Made by a program: the position numbers and the translations under genes. A DNA stretch of 64,000 nucleotides, taken from positions 61,078-125,077 of the forward strand of contig DVNJ01000031.1 in assembly GCA_018714485.1 (NCBI GenBank), read 5' to 3'. Source of the DNA: Candidatus Caccalectryoclostridium excrementigallinarum. Lineage in GTDB: Bacteria; Bacillota; Clostridia; Christensenellales; UBA3700. Positions 16,701 to 26,769 of the stretch are shown here, piece by piece; the stretch's first letter is position 1, and each line of letters starts with the position of its first letter. The notes under the pieces are model-generated. The model was not told the origin of the DNA, searched no databases, and saw nothing but the letters and a program-made list of their open reading frames with translations.

Positions 16701-17946
16701 CGATTATTCCGCGCTCTTCACCGGCGCGACTTATCAGTCGATGACCGAAGAGGACTTCGATTCTCTCGTGTCTGTCGAGCGTGAAAACACGCAGACGCTC
16801 TCCATGCTCGTCGACACCATGGACAACGTCAGCGAAAACGACGACGACCTCAACACCCCTTCCGATTGGACGGGCAGCATGATCGATTCCGACGCGAGCG
16901 ACGATGACGTTTCCGCGGGCGTGTTCGACAGGCAGAACCACGATTGGGAAGAACTTCTCGATCTGAACATCGCCTCGGGCGAAGCGGACGAAGCGATCGC
17001 AAGCGCCATCTACAATTCGGGCGTGGTCGACAAGAATATCAACAACTCTTCCGTCGAGACGGGCATCGGCGACATGGTCCTTGTCATCTATAACCATGAC
17101 GACGTGCGCGACGACGAAGGCAACCTCACGGGCGGAGCTTACAGCTTCAACTCCGCGAGCATGTCCCTCAGCGCGGGTAAATATTACAAGATAACCGTTT
17201 GGGTGCTCACTTACAAGCTGGGCAAGGACGACAGCGCGAGAGTCATTCTCACGCTCGGCAACTCCACCTACACCTTCGGCGCGAGCGTGGATGAGGACTC
17301 CTCCGCCGTTGACAAGGCGCGCAGGATAAACACCTCGACCTATGACGAAGACGGAAATGAGACGGTGGGCAGCTGGCAGGAGATCTCCTTCTACGTCTAT
17401 ATCGACGAGGACGTTGAAGAGAGCGTCAGCGGCACTCTCACCTTGCAGCTGGGTGACAAGGACGAATGGGTGAGCGGATATGCCTTCTTCGACAACTTCT
17501 CCTGCGTCGAGATAAGCGAAAGGACGGAAGGCGAAACGACCGTTACTCCCGCCAAGATAGTCAGCGACATGGTCGGATTCGACGTTGTCTATACCGACAG
17601 CGAGAACGCGGAGAACAATAACGTCTTCTGCGACGAAAACGCATTCAACGAAGACGGCAGCATCAAGGACGACGCCAAGCTCGCCGGCAACTATATCGTG
17701 CGCTATACGCAAGCCGACGCCGAAAAGGCTCCCGAGGAAGAGGATCCGGACGGCGATGGCGACAGCACGAGCGATCTCTTGTGGCTTTATATCGTCTCCG
17801 GTATTATCGGCGGACTCATCGTCATTGCCGTGATAGTCGTTATCGCGCGCAAAGTCATGAGCAAGCGCAAGCGTCAGAAGGACGTGAGCAAGAAGTCGGA
17901 GTTCGACCGTAACTACGGCGGCAGATCGAACGCGCGCAAGAAGTAA
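13744..17946 (+). CDS. 1400-aa cell-surface protein with five CBM4/9-like (jelly-roll) modules, a lipoprotein signal and a C-terminal TM anchor
   Basis: Lipobox AALIAC. Recurring module signature five times: NG-F...W(T/S)G start; YKLSVWVKT / YKVSVWVKT / LALSVWIKT / YRVSVWAYA / YKITVWVLT core; W(Q/T)E(L/Y/I); module end AFFDNITL / VFFDSVAI / AFFDNFSC (clear in modules 1, 2 and 5 only). C-terminal helix LLWLYIVSGIIGGLIVIAVIVVIA plus a KR-rich tail. Confidence 0.85.
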   Translation: MRKKSLTFLILVIVMIASLAAALIACDPDDPAADDTSYSTTLIANGNFDEASGDSQPMTPSSWTGEEGSTSSSTQYKTPNGSSNLSAGVIDLADERGYRNDFGSIAPGKKGEDDNILAIYNKTATSYKYTSASVTLSADKVYKLSVWVKTDIYTDASYYNSWLNRDSDETQELDENRTGAYVYVNGVAYAAFEAINTGGQWQELVTYIDTHNSSGGSITVILSLGTGNWSTGYMTAGYAFFDNITLIDLNEEYADGDSEFVDGDSSLDEDAADAKAIADFNAATVGTAKDAEDDHSVHTAKYDMGSGDTSFDYVTKTSTPYSSSRWTGAAGKKTDGTNFSTSSTNLQRGVIDAENADLSVISGASEYEGLVLDAHESVTYSYGESNSRSYGNVLYIQGRNENVYGYSSNTTYTIEANNYYKVSVWVKTYIKNGSGAAVRLTSGDDDENIVSLSNISTNGAWQEYSLYLRGNQYRENTVTLELWLGESNTAGTKGIVFFDSVAISKISAEDYAAAEKGTNVAKDDMLTPEEDYEYYGMSSGKNVLDYAAKASSSSFTQLANAGETADGIAVDKALQDRDEDGVWLINNKVPAYASISPVVDVDADAGVDTSNLIKLAPNSYLALSVWIKTSEITKGGLTVTLYNYDIKAIEEDLEESNKTDYSDLSSYRSSVSSLSSLTSETLEDFKIDGVNDYIMVTFMVQSGKETAYLGFEFALGSGTPSNSSSYVKGYAMISNVMTEKITAADYSSASSASNLAKGSISGSSSSVEIASNGYFNTSDISGTNSLYADDDNEFDFSTNRKDNVLALPDGWSATDSSLLKAYLDRDDASDPAQNYAFGGVLDLDGDMSGYTEDIAGVNSSIKELLGDTSTMFESAGEYSGLNAGNNVLALYSHRLAAFGFSSDEFTLSANSYYRVSVWAYAPETPVSVMISTGSDDSDHGYPNTVSTKDGWTEYVFYIQTGVSSVSASLSLYVGNCNYATDNTGESDYSALFTGATYQSMTEEDFDSLVSVERENTQTLSMLVDTMDNVSENDDDLNTPSDWTGSMIDSDASDDDVSAGVFDRQNHDWEELLDLNIASGEADEAIASAIYNSGVVDKNINNSSVETGIGDMVLVIYNHDDVRDDEGNLTGGAYSFNSASMSLSAGKYYKITVWVLTYKLGKDDSARVILTLGNSTYTFGASVDEDSSAVDKARRINTSTYDEDGNETVGSWQEISFYVYIDEDVEESVSGTLTLQLGDKDEWVSGYAFFDNFSCVEISERTEGETTVTPAKIVSDMVGFDVVYTDSENAENNNVFCDENAFNEDGSIKDDAKLAGNYIVRYTQADAEKAPEEEDPDGDGDSTSDLLWLYIVSGIIGGLIVIAVIVVIARKVMSKRKRQKDVSKKSEFDRNYGGRSNARKK

Positions 17947-17963
17947 GACGCAAAACAACTTGA

Positions 17964-17992
17964 AGGACCTGCCCTGCGGCGGGTCCTTTTTC
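17964..17992 (+). terminator. Rho-independent terminator
   Basis: AGGACC-tGCCctgcGGCg-GGTCCT followed by TTTTT. Confidence 0.65.
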
Positions 17993-18044
17993 GCGGCGAG
18001 GTCGGATCAGGCGATCGCGGCGAAACAAGCATTAGGAGAAAAAT

Positions 18045-18608
18045 ATGACCGCAAAAGAATTCAACGAGATCGCCGCAAGGGGCGGCATTCTTCCCTCCGA
18101 TTCGCAGTTGCACGAATTCATGCACGAGAGCGCAAGTCGGGCGCAACGCATCACCGCCGAGATAAATTCGGGTTTTCACACGCAACAAGAGCTGCGCGCG
18201 CTCATGTCCGAGCTGCTCGGCTATGAACTCGACGAAACATTCAGGCTCTTTCCGCCTTTTTATACCGATTACGGCAGAAATTTGCAGATAGGAAAAAACG
18301 TCTTTATCAATTCGGGCTGCTGTTTTCAGGATCAGGGCGGGATCGAGATCGGCGACGGCTGTCTCATCGGGCATCAGGTCGTGATCGCCACTCTCGATCA
18401 TCATCCCGATCCCCAAAGGCGCGGCGATATGCTGCCGAAAAAAGTCTCTCTCGGCAAGAATGTCTGGATAGGTTCGCACGCCACGATATTGTCGGGAGTG
18501 ACCATAGGCGACGGCGCGATCGTCGCCGCGGGCGCGGTCGTGACCAAAGACGTCCCGCCGGGATGCGTCGTTGCCGGCGTCCCCGCCAAAGTCATAAAGA
18601 GCGTCTAA
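18045..18608 (+). CDS. Maltose/galactoside O-acetyltransferase family (left-handed beta-helix) enzyme
   Basis: 187 aa. Has the Mac N-terminal domain pattern and hexapeptide repeats ([53 protein letters not shown]). AGGAG RBS. Confidence 0.85.
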   Translation: MTAKEFNEIAARGGILPSDSQLHEFMHESASRAQRITAEINSGFHTQQELRALMSELLGYELDETFRLFPPFYTDYGRNLQIGKNVFINSGCCFQDQGGIEIGDGCLIGHQVVIATLDHHPDPQRRGDMLPKKVSLGKNVWIGSHATILSGVTIGDGAIVAAGAVVTKDVPPGCVVAGVPAKVIKSV

Positions 18609-18895
18609 ACATAGAGCTTTTGACCGATAAAGAGGGTCGGCGAAGTCAAGGCGTTGTTTTCGAGGATATGTTTTTCGCTCACGTTGAACCGCCGCGCGAC
18701 TGACGACAGCGAATCGAAGGGGCGCACGACATATTCTCTCCCCTCCGCCTGCGCGATCAGCAGGCGCACGCCCTCTTCGATCTGCTCCTCGCGGCAGTTG
18801 TTCAGCGCGCATATCCTGCGCGCCGCAACGCCTGTTTTGCGGGCAACGTCCTCCGCATTCTCCCCCTTCCTCACCCGATAGATCAAGTATTCCAT
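18605..18895 (-). CDS. Small protein with two LysM peptidoglycan-binding domains
   Basis: 96 aa. The two LysM-like units are [28 protein letters not shown] and [29 protein letters not shown]...GQKLYV. GGAGG RBS. Confidence 0.7.
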   Translation of the reverse strand: MEYLIYRVRKGENAEDVARKTGVAARRICALNNCREEQIEEGVRLLIAQAEGREYVVRPFDSLSSVARRFNVSEKHILENNALTSPTLFIGQKLYV

Positions 18896-18945
18896 TTTCG
18901 CCTCCGCTAAATTATATTTTCCCGCCGCAGATAATATCCTATAAT

Positions 18946-20433
18946 ATGAAAAAGATATTCAAGGCGTTTTTCACCGTAACTTCCGTTTCCGTTGTCACGC
19001 GCGGCATTTCCTTTATCTTCAAGATCTTCATCTCGCGCGAACTGGGCGCGGAAGTGATGGGCGTCTATCAGATATGCTTTTCCGTCTTTGCCATGTTCGC
19101 GGCGCTCGCCGCGGGCGGCATACCCGTCACTCTCTCCCGCATCACGGCGGAGACGCAGGCTTTGGGCGATCTCAAAGCCCAACGCTCGGCGGTGACGACA
19201 GCCATGATGATAAGCCTGATGATCTCCATGGCGGTCTGCACGCTTTTTTACAGCTTTCCTTCCATTCTCGACCTACTCTTTTCCGACGCGCGCTGCCGAA
19301 AACTCTTTTTGATAATCCTGCCCACGATGATCGCCACCTCCGTCTATGCCGTTATCCGCAGCTGGTTTTGGGGAAGGCAGAATTATTTTGTCTTTTCGCT
19401 CTCGGAAGCCGCCGACGAGATCATTAAAGTCGCCGTCTGCGCCTTGATGATATTTTTGCTCGCCGACCTTGTCGCGCTCGAATATTCTCTCGCCTATGCC
19501 ATTTTGATCAGCGATTTCATCGCCGCGGGCTTGCTCATTTTTCTCTTTTTCAAAAGCGGCGGCAGAGCGGGCGCGCCCACCATGTGCGCTCCGATCTTGC
19601 GCTCGGCGGCGCCGCTGACCGTGACGCGGCTTTGCGGAAGTCTGATGGCGGTCTTCGTCTCGCTCGCCCTGCCCGCCGTCCTGACGGGCGCCTACGGTCT
19701 GACGAGCGCGGAAGCCACGGCGGAATACGGCAGAGCGTCGGGAATGGTCATGCCGCTTCTGCTCGCCCCCTCTTCGGTAGTCGGTTCGCTTTCCGTGGTC
19801 ATGATCCCCGAGATCGCCTCGCGCAACGCCGGCGGCGACAAGAATCTCTCTTCGGCGATACGCCGTTCGGCAGACTTCACCTGCGCCGTCGCCTGCGCGG
19901 CGTTCATCGTCTTTGCCTCCTGCGGCGATCAGATAGGAAATCTGCTCTATGCTGACGAAAAGGTGGGCAGCCAGCTTTCCTTCGCCGCCTTTATCGTTCT
20001 CCCGCTCTCGCTCAACTCCATGGCGGCGACCTCGCTCAATTCGCTCGGCAGGGAGAGCCGCACCTTTTTCAGCAGCGCGGCGGGCTATCTCTTCCTCGCC
20101 GCGGGAATACTGCTTTTGCCGCGTTTTATGGGCATATACGGCTATTATACCGCCTTTTTTTGCTACCACTGCGCCTCACTATTTTGCAACGTTATGCAGC
20201 TCAAGCGCGTTTTCCCGCAAGGAGTCGGTCACGGCAAATATTCCGCCCTCATCGCTGTCTCCTGCGCAGTTGCGCTCTTTGTCGGCGCGATCTCCTCTTG
20301 GACGCGCGGCTTAGGCGACCTGCTCTCCTGCCTTATCTGCCTCCCCGTCGCGGCGCTGCTTTACTTTGTCGCGCTGCGCCTGACGGGATATATGCCCAAG
20401 CCCTCGCTGCTGATAGGTTATATCAGAAAATAG
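18946..20433 (+). CDS. MOP-superfamily polysaccharide/lipid II flippase, SpoVB/MurJ-like
   Basis: 495 aa, about 14 TM. The N-terminus VVTRGISFIFKIFISRELGAEVMGVYQICFSVF...GIPVTLSRITAE follows the SpoVB pattern (VTRMLGFVNRVVIARFIGEEGVGLYMMA...GLPVAISKLVAE, from memory). Confidence 0.65.
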   Translation: MKKIFKAFFTVTSVSVVTRGISFIFKIFISRELGAEVMGVYQICFSVFAMFAALAAGGIPVTLSRITAETQALGDLKAQRSAVTTAMMISLMISMAVCTLFYSFPSILDLLFSDARCRKLFLIILPTMIATSVYAVIRSWFWGRQNYFVFSLSEAADEIIKVAVCALMIFLLADLVALEYSLAYAILISDFIAAGLLIFLFFKSGGRAGAPTMCAPILRSAAPLTVTRLCGSLMAVFVSLALPAVLTGAYGLTSAEATAEYGRASGMVMPLLLAPSSVVGSLSVVMIPEIASRNAGGDKNLSSAIRRSADFTCAVACAAFIVFASCGDQIGNLLYADEKVGSQLSFAAFIVLPLSLNSMAATSLNSLGRESRTFFSSAAGYLFLAAGILLLPRFMGIYGYYTAFFCYHCASLFCNVMQLKRVFPQGVGHGKYSALIAVSCAVALFVGAISSWTRGLGDLLSCLICLPVAALLYFVALRLTGYMPKPSLLIGYIRK

Positions 20434-20466
20434 CATAAAAGGCGCGCGGGAGCAGATACTAAGCTC

Positions 20467-21171
20467 ATGCTGATCGTATTCGTGCGCGCCATACTCATCT
20501 ATATCTTTCTGCTCGTCGCCATGCGGCTGATGGGCAAAAAGCAGTTGGGCGAACTTCAACCCTTCGAATTCGCCGTCACGCTCATCATGGCGGAGCTTGC
20601 CTGCATTCCCATGTCGGACACGACCGTCCCCGTCATCTACGGACTCGTGCCCATCTTCACCCTCTTCATCGTGCAATTCGCCCTGACCAAGCTCATCAAG
20701 CACTCCTTGAAGGCAAGGCGGCTCATCAACGGCAAGCCCGTGATCGTCATCAATCCCTGCGGCATAGATTACCGCGCGATAAGCATGCTCGACCTCACCG
20801 TGAACGACCTTCTGGAAGCGCTCAGGGAAAAGAACTATCTTTCGCCCGAAGAACTCGAATACGCCATTTTCGAGACCAACGGCGACGTGAGCGTGATACC
20901 CAAAGCCCGCCCGCTGACCACGGAGGATATGCATCTTAACGCGCCGCCCGCACAGCTGCCTTACGCCGTCATTTGCGAAGGCAAGAAGATGTCGGACAAT
21001 ATCCGCAAGGGCAAAATAGATTACGCCTTGGTGGAAAAAGTTCTGAAAGCGCACGACCTCAAACAAAAAAACGTCTTGCTCATGACGGTGACGGGCGGAG
21101 AGAATTTCTATTTGCAGCCCAAATCGGGAAGATATATCACGGGCAGATTGGAGGAAGAGAATGCGGGGTAA
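20467..21171 (+). CDS. DUF421 (YetF/YdfS-like) membrane protein
   Basis: 234 aa. Contains IFLLVAMRLMGKKQLGELQPFEFAVTLIMAELA, typical of the YetF N-terminal region, followed by a DUF421 soluble domain. Confidence 0.75.
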   Translation: MLIVFVRAILIYIFLLVAMRLMGKKQLGELQPFEFAVTLIMAELACIPMSDTTVPVIYGLVPIFTLFIVQFALTKLIKHSLKARRLINGKPVIVINPCGIDYRAISMLDLTVNDLLEALREKNYLSPEELEYAIFETNGDVSVIPKARPLTTEDMHLNAPPAQLPYAVICEGKKMSDNIRKGKIDYALVEKVLKAHDLKQKNVLLMTVTGGENFYLQPKSGRYITGRLEEENAG

Positions 21172-21544
21172 GGTTTGGCTTGCGCTGATAATATTGGCGC
21201 TCATCGTGGGGCTGGGGATAGGCGAACAGGTCTATATCAACAAGACGTTCGACGCCGCGATTCAAAAGAGCGAAGAGATAACCGCGCTCATCCGCGCGAA
21301 AAATTACGCGGGCGCAAGCGCCGCCGCCGAAGCGATGTCCGATTGGTGGAAAAACGAGCGCGACGTCTTGGAATTTCTCTGCCCCAACAACGACGTCAAA
21401 GGGATCATGACCGCCATCAGCGATCTTCAAGGCTCGCTCGCCGCCAAGACCTACGACGACTCTCTTCAACGCAGCATTTCGCTCACGGGCAACGTGGAAA
21501 ACAGCAAAAACCTGCTCACTTTCAAATGGAAAAACGTGCTTTGA
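21161..21544 (+). CDS. DUF4363-like small membrane-anchored protein
   Basis: 127 aa. One N-terminal TM, then a helical region with the W-W-K motif (MSDWWKNERDVLEF). 11-nt overlap with the DUF421 gene, which is the usual pairing in Clostridia. Confidence 0.6.
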   Translation: MRGKVWLALIILALIVGLGIGEQVYINKTFDAAIQKSEEITALIRAKNYAGASAAAEAMSDWWKNERDVLEFLCPNNDVKGIMTAISDLQGSLAAKTYDDSLQRSISLTGNVENSKNLLTFKWKNVL

Positions 21545-21555
21545 ATTTAGGGGGT

Positions 21556-21583
21556 AAAAAAGCGGCGTCGATGCCGCTTTTTT
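21556..21583. terminator. Bidirectional rho-independent terminator between DUF4363 (+) and uvrA (-)
   Basis: AAAAAA-GCGGC-gtcgat-GCCGC-TTTTTT. Confidence 0.7.
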
Positions 21584-24399
21584 CACATTCCCAACTTGCC
21601 GCGCAGATACCGACCCGTGTAGCTGCCTTTGACGCGGGCGACCTCTTCGGGAGTGCCTTGCGCCACGATCCTGCCGCCCTTGTTGCCGCCCTCGGGTCCC
21701 AAATCGATGATGTGATCCGCGACCTTGATGACGTCCAAATTGTGCTCGATGACTATCACCGTATTGCCCTTGTCCACGAACTTATCCAAAATGGCGATAA
21801 GACGCTTGACATCGTCGGTATGAAGTCCCGTCGTAGGTTCGTCCAAAATATAGACCGTCTTGCCCGTGCCGCGCTTGGAAAGCTCGGTGGCGAGCTTCAC
21901 TCTCTGCGCTTCGCCGCCCGAGAGCGTCGTGGCGGGCTGTCCGAGCTTGACATAGCCCAAGCCCACCTGCTGCAACGTGCTTATCTTGTTATATATCTGC
22001 GGCACGTTTTGAAAAAATTCGCAGGCTTCGTCAATAGTCATCTCGAGAACGTCGAAAATGCTCTTGCCCTTATATTTCACTTCCAGCGTTTCGCGGTTAT
22101 AGCGCTTTCCGCCGCAGACTTCGCAGGGCACGTAGACGTCCGAGAGAAAATGCATCTCTATCTTGATTATGCCGTCGCCGCCGCAATTTTCGCATCTGCC
22201 GCCCGAGACGTTGAAGGAAAACCTGCCCGCCGTATATCCGCGCGCCTTGGCGTCGGGCAGCTTGGAAAACAGCTCCCTGATGGGCGTGAAAACGCCCGTA
22301 TAAGTGGCGGGGTTGGAGCGCGGCGTCCTGCCGATCGGACTTTGATCTATGCTGATGACCTTGTCTAAATTCTCGATCCCCGAAACTTCCTCGCATTCCA
22401 CGTTCACCGTGCGCGCGCCGTTGAGCTTCGCCGCCAAAGCGGGTTGAAGTATCTCGCCGATGAGAGAGCTTTTGCCGCTGCCCGACACGCCCGTGACCGC
22501 CACGAACTTTCCCAGCGGTATGCGCACGTCTATGCCTTTGAGATTGTTCTTTCTCGCCCCTTTGACAACGATGAACTTCCCGTTGCCCTCCCTGCGCTCC
22601 TGCGGCACGGGAATGCTCTTTCTGCCGCTGAGATAATCGCCCGTTATCGATCTTCTGCAAGCCGCGACCTGAGCGGGAGTCCCCGCCACGACCACTTCGC
22701 CGCCGTGCACGCCCGCGCCGGGACCTATGTCCACGATGAAGTCGGACTTCGCCATCGTCTCTTCGTCGTGCTCCACCACCACGAGCGTATTGCCTAAATC
22801 GCGCAAGCGGGTGAGCGTGTCCAAAAGCCTGCCGTTGTCGCGCTGATGAAGCCCTATGCTCGGTTCGTCGAGGATATATAAAACTCCCGTAAGTCCGCTG
22901 CCTATCTGCGTCGCCAAGCGTATGCGCTGGCTCTCTCCGCCCGAAAGCGTGGAGGACGAACGCGAAAGCGTGAGATAATCAAGTCCCACGTTGACCATGA
23001 ATCCCAGCCTGCCCTTGATCTCCTTGATGACCTGGGCGGCGATCGTGTTTTCCCTGTCGCTGAGTTTCAACTCGTTGAAGAATTTGAGTTCTTCGTCGAT
23101 AGGCAGATCGCAAAGCTGAGCGATATTCAGCCCGCCCACGGTCACGGAGAGAGCCTCCTTTTTCAGGCGCTTACCGTGGCACATATCGCAGGGCACGGGC
23201 GACATAAAGCGCTCAAGCTCCATCTTGGTGAGGTCGGACGTGGTCTCGTTATATCTGCGGCGCATGATGTTGCAAACGCCCTCGTAAACTTTGGAATAAA
23301 AGCCGTTGTTGAACACGCCGCGCATATCCGCGTCCAAAGGTTCGTTGTCGCCGTAAAGCACTATCTTTTGTATTTTCTCGGGAAGGTCTTTGAAGGGCAC
23401 GGTGAGCGAAAACCCGTATTTTTTCGCCAAGGCGCGCATCATGGCTGCGTTCACCTTACAGGTGTCGAAGCTCCAGCCTTTGATGTCCACCGCGCCTTCG
23501 GAAAGCGACTTGTCCCACTTGACGAACTTGTTGAGATCGGGGACCATGCCGAAGCCCAGCCCGAAGCATTTCGGGCACGCTCCGTAAGGCGAGTTGAAGG
23601 AGAAAAAGCGCGGGGTCAGCTCTTCCATGGAGATGTCGCAGTCGGGGCAGGCATATTTTGTGGAATAGAGCGTGTGCTCCTCGCCGTTCACGCATTCCGC
23701 CAAGCCGCCCGAGAGTTTGAGCGCTGCCTCCAAGCTGTCCGTCAAACGGCGCGTCATGCCCTCTTTGACGATCAGCCTGTCCACGACGACCGAGATGGTA
23801 TGCTTGACGTTCTTGTCCAGATCCGCCCCTTCCGCGCCGTCGTCATAGCGAACGCCGTCCACTTCGATACGCATATAACCGCTCTTTCTCAGGCTTTCGA
23901 GCAACTTGGTAAATTCGCCTTTCCTGCCGCGCACGACGGGAGAGACTATCATTATCCTGCTCCCCTCGGGCAGCGACGCTATCTTGTCGGCTATCTGATC
24001 GACAGTCTGCCTGACTATTTCCTTGCCGCACTTGGGACAATGGGGAACACCGATACGCGCATAGAGCAGGCGCAGATAGTCATATATCTCCGTGACCGTG
24101 CCCACGGTCGAGCGCGGATTGTGCGAAGTCGTCTTTTGATCTATGGATATAGCGGGGGAAAGCCCCTCGATATAGTCCACGTCCGGCTTGTCCATCTGTC
24201 CCAAAAACTGCCGCGCGTAAGAGGAAAGCGACTCCATATATCTGCGCTGACCTTCCGCAAAAAGCGTGTCGAAGGCGAGCGACGACTTTCCCGAACCGCT
24301 CAGCCCCGTGAACACGACGAGCTTGTCGCGCGGAATGGTCACGTCGATATTTTTGAGATTGTGCACCCTTGCGCCTTTGATGATTATCTTATCCTGCAT
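21583..24399 (-). CDS. uvrA: Excinuclease ABC subunit A
   Basis: 938 aa. [45 protein letters not shown], two ABC ATPase modules and zinc-finger Cys clusters. Confidence 0.97.
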   Translation of the reverse strand: MQDKIIIKGARVHNLKNIDVTIPRDKLVVFTGLSGSGKSSLAFDTLFAEGQRRYMESLSSYARQFLGQMDKPDVDYIEGLSPAISIDQKTTSHNPRSTVGTVTEIYDYLRLLYARIGVPHCPKCGKEIVRQTVDQIADKIASLPEGSRIMIVSPVVRGRKGEFTKLLESLRKSGYMRIEVDGVRYDDGAEGADLDKNVKHTISVVVDRLIVKEGMTRRLTDSLEAALKLSGGLAECVNGEEHTLYSTKYACPDCDISMEELTPRFFSFNSPYGACPKCFGLGFGMVPDLNKFVKWDKSLSEGAVDIKGWSFDTCKVNAAMMRALAKKYGFSLTVPFKDLPEKIQKIVLYGDNEPLDADMRGVFNNGFYSKVYEGVCNIMRRRYNETTSDLTKMELERFMSPVPCDMCHGKRLKKEALSVTVGGLNIAQLCDLPIDEELKFFNELKLSDRENTIAAQVIKEIKGRLGFMVNVGLDYLTLSRSSSTLSGGESQRIRLATQIGSGLTGVLYILDEPSIGLHQRDNGRLLDTLTRLRDLGNTLVVVEHDEETMAKSDFIVDIGPGAGVHGGEVVVAGTPAQVAACRRSITGDYLSGRKSIPVPQERREGNGKFIVVKGARKNNLKGIDVRIPLGKFVAVTGVSGSGKSSLIGEILQPALAAKLNGARTVNVECEEVSGIENLDKVISIDQSPIGRTPRSNPATYTGVFTPIRELFSKLPDAKARGYTAGRFSFNVSGGRCENCGGDGIIKIEMHFLSDVYVPCEVCGGKRYNRETLEVKYKGKSIFDVLEMTIDEACEFFQNVPQIYNKISTLQQVGLGYVKLGQPATTLSGGEAQRVKLATELSKRGTGKTVYILDEPTTGLHTDDVKRLIAILDKFVDKGNTVIVIEHNLDVIKVADHIIDLGPEGGNKGGRIVAQGTPEEVARVKGSYTGRYLRGKLGM

Positions 24400-24400
24400 A

Positions 24401-26362
24401 TCACTTTTTCCTCTTGCTCTCCGACTTTCTCTTCAAGGCGGCGATCTCCTCGCGGTACTTTATGGCAAGCTCGAAATCGAGACTGCTCGCCGCGAGTTTC
24501 ATCGAGGAAGTGAGCCGTTCTATCTCCGCCCTGATCTGCGCGGGATCTTCGAGCGGCTTTTCCTCCGCCTTCTTGCTTATCTCGATGGTGTTGGTTATCG
24601 GCTTGATTATCGTCTTGGGCGTGATGTGGTGCTCTTCGTTATATTTTTTCTGCACCGTCCTTCTGCGCTCCGTCTCGTCGATCGCGCGGCGCATACTGCC
24701 CGTTATCACGTCCGCATACATTATCACCTTTGCCTCGGCGTTGCGCGCCGCTCTGCCTATCGTCTGCACGAGCGCGGTCTCGCTGCGCAAAAAGCCCTCC
24801 TTGTCCGCGTCGAGGATCGCCACAAGTTTGACTTCGGGCAGATCCAGCCCCTCGCGCAGCAGATTGATGCCCACGAGCACGTCAAAGTCGCCCTTTCGCA
24901 GCGACGTTATGATGTCTATCCTCTCCAAGGTGTCTATGTCCGAATGCATATAGCGCACTTTGATCTGGTTGTCGTTCAAAAACGCGGTGAGATCTTCCGC
25001 CATCTTTTTAGTGAGCGTCGTGACGAGCACTCTGCCGCCGCTGCCCGTGACCTCGTTTATCCTGCCGATGAGGTCGTCTATCTGACCCTTTACGGGCAGG
25101 ACAATAACTTCGGGATCGACAAGTCCCGTGGGACGAATGAGCTGCTCCACGACCTGCCCCGCCTGCTGCATCTCGTAAGGTCCGGGCGTGGCGGAGACGC
25201 AGATCATCTGCCCCACGCGCTCGTCGAACTCGTCGAATTTGAGCGGACGGTTGTCGTAAGCCGCGGGCAGACGGAATCCGTAATCCACCAGATTTTTCTT
25301 GCGCGCCAGATCGCCGTTATACATCGCCCTTATCTGAGGGAGAGTCATATGGCTCTCGTCGATAAAGAGCAGGAAATCTTCGGGGAAAAAGTCGAGAAGC
25401 GTATAAGGCGGCTGCCCTTCGCTCCTGCCGTCGAAATAGCGGGAATAATTTTCTATCCCGCTGCAATAGCCCATCTCCCTGATCATCTCCATATCGTAAC
25501 TCACGCGCTCGCGTATGCGCTGCGCCTCGATGAGTTTTCCCCTTTCCTTGAAATATTTCACTCTCTCGATCATATCCGCGCCTATCTGTCTCAACGCCGC
25601 CTCGCGCTTTTCCTTTTCCACGACATAGTGGCTGGCGGGAAAAATGTTGACGTGTTTGAGGCGCGCGATCGCCTTACCCGTGAGCGGATCTATCTGCGTT
25701 ATGCTCTCGATCTCGTCGCCGAAAAACTCAATCTTCAAGGCTATCTTATCGTTTTCGACGGGGACTATCTCCACGACGTCGCCGCGCACGCGGAAAGAGG
25801 CGCGCTGCAAGTCGAGATCGCTGCGGTCGTATTGGATCTCGATAAGCCTGTCGATCAGCTCGTCCCTGTCCTGAGTCATGCCTTCGCGCAGCGAGATCGC
25901 CATGCTGAAATATTCCATAGGCGCGCCCAAGCCGTAAATGCAGGACACGGAGGCGACGACGATGACGTCCCTGCGCTCGCAGAGCGAACTCGTCGCCGAA
26001 TTGCGCAGGCGGTCGATCTCGTCGTTGACGGACATATCCTTTTCGATATAGGTATCGCTGCGCGGGATATATGCCTCGGGTTGATAATAATCGTAATAGG
26101 AGACAAAATACTCCACTCTGTTTTCGGGGAAAAATTCGCGGAACTCGTTGCAAAGCTGCGCCGCCAAAGTCTTGTTGTGCGCGATGACGAGAGCGGGTCT
26201 GTTCAGCCTCTTGATGACGTTCGCCATGGTGAAGGTCTTGCCGCTGCCCGTGACGCCGAGCAAGACCTGGGTGCGAAGTCCGTCCTTCACGCCCTCGACG
26301 AGTTTTTCTATCGCCTGCGGCTGATCGCCGCGCGGCTCGTAGCTTGATCTCAGTTCAAACAT
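24401..26362 (-). CDS. uvrB: Excinuclease ABC subunit B
   Basis: 653 aa. [37 protein letters not shown], helicase motifs and a C-terminal UVR domain. Confidence 0.97.
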   Translation of the reverse strand: MFELRSSYEPRGDQPQAIEKLVEGVKDGLRTQVLLGVTGSGKTFTMANVIKRLNRPALVIAHNKTLAAQLCNEFREFFPENRVEYFVSYYDYYQPEAYIPRSDTYIEKDMSVNDEIDRLRNSATSSLCERRDVIVVASVSCIYGLGAPMEYFSMAISLREGMTQDRDELIDRLIEIQYDRSDLDLQRASFRVRGDVVEIVPVENDKIALKIEFFGDEIESITQIDPLTGKAIARLKHVNIFPASHYVVEKEKREAALRQIGADMIERVKYFKERGKLIEAQRIRERVSYDMEMIREMGYCSGIENYSRYFDGRSEGQPPYTLLDFFPEDFLLFIDESHMTLPQIRAMYNGDLARKKNLVDYGFRLPAAYDNRPLKFDEFDERVGQMICVSATPGPYEMQQAGQVVEQLIRPTGLVDPEVIVLPVKGQIDDLIGRINEVTGSGGRVLVTTLTKKMAEDLTAFLNDNQIKVRYMHSDIDTLERIDIITSLRKGDFDVLVGINLLREGLDLPEVKLVAILDADKEGFLRSETALVQTIGRAARNAEAKVIMYADVITGSMRRAIDETERRRTVQKKYNEEHHITPKTIIKPITNTIEISKKAEEKPLEDPAQIRAEIERLTSSMKLAASSLDFELAIKYREEIAALKRKSESKRKK

Positions 26363-26373
26363 ATATCGAAAGA

Positions 26374-26392
26374 ATTATAGCACATATGTTCG
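26374..26392 (-). promoter_or_regulatory. uvrB -10 element with an overlapping LexA (Cheo/SOS) box
   Basis: Minus strand CGAACATATGTGC directly followed by TATAAT. Two mismatches to the Firmicute LexA consensus CGAACnnnnGTTCG. The ATG lies 11 nt after the -10. Confidence 0.6.
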
Positions 26393-26406
26393 CCTAAGGC
26401 AATCGT

Positions 26407-26769
26407 TTAAGAAAAGATACTGCGCAATATCATGCCGATGACAAAGCTCAAAACGGCGCCCGCGACGGTGAGCGCTATCTTGAAAATTATCTGTCTGCGC
26501 TCGTTTTTGATCTGCCTGATCACCGCATAGCCGTTTTGATGCAGCGTGAAGCAATAATACATGTCGCCCTTCTTGTCCGTCTCTATCATCTCGAAATAGT
26601 CGTCTGTCTGCAAGGAGCGCAGATAGGCGGGCAATTCGCCGCGCTTGAACCGCACGGAATAAGGGATCGCGGACAAAAGCTCGACGGGACGAATGAGGCA
26701 GGTGCCGCCCTTGTCCGCCGCCCGCTTGTAGATCGCGCTCATTATCGCTTTTTGCGTTCTGTTTATCAT
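26407..26769 (-). CDS. Hypothetical tail-anchored protein (soluble ~80-aa N-domain, possibly winged-helix-like, plus C-terminal TM)
   Basis: 120 aa. C-terminal helix IIFKIALTVAGAVLSFVIGMILRSIF. ATGA overlap with the upstream paralogous-architecture gene. Confidence 0.55.
   Translation of the reverse strand: MINRTQKAIMSAIYKRAADKGGTCLIRPVELLSAIPYSVRFKRGELPAYLRSLQTDDYFEMIETDKKGDMYYCFTLHQNGYAVIRQIKNERRQIIFKIALTVAGAVLSFVIGMILRSIFS

Noticed and set aside
13759-17958. Minus-strand ORFs (292 aa, 168 aa, 178 aa, 494 aa) inside the 1400-aa surface protein gene
   Set aside because: These are antisense shadows. The + strand frame is continuous, with signal peptide, repeated modules, TM anchor, promoter, RBS and terminator.
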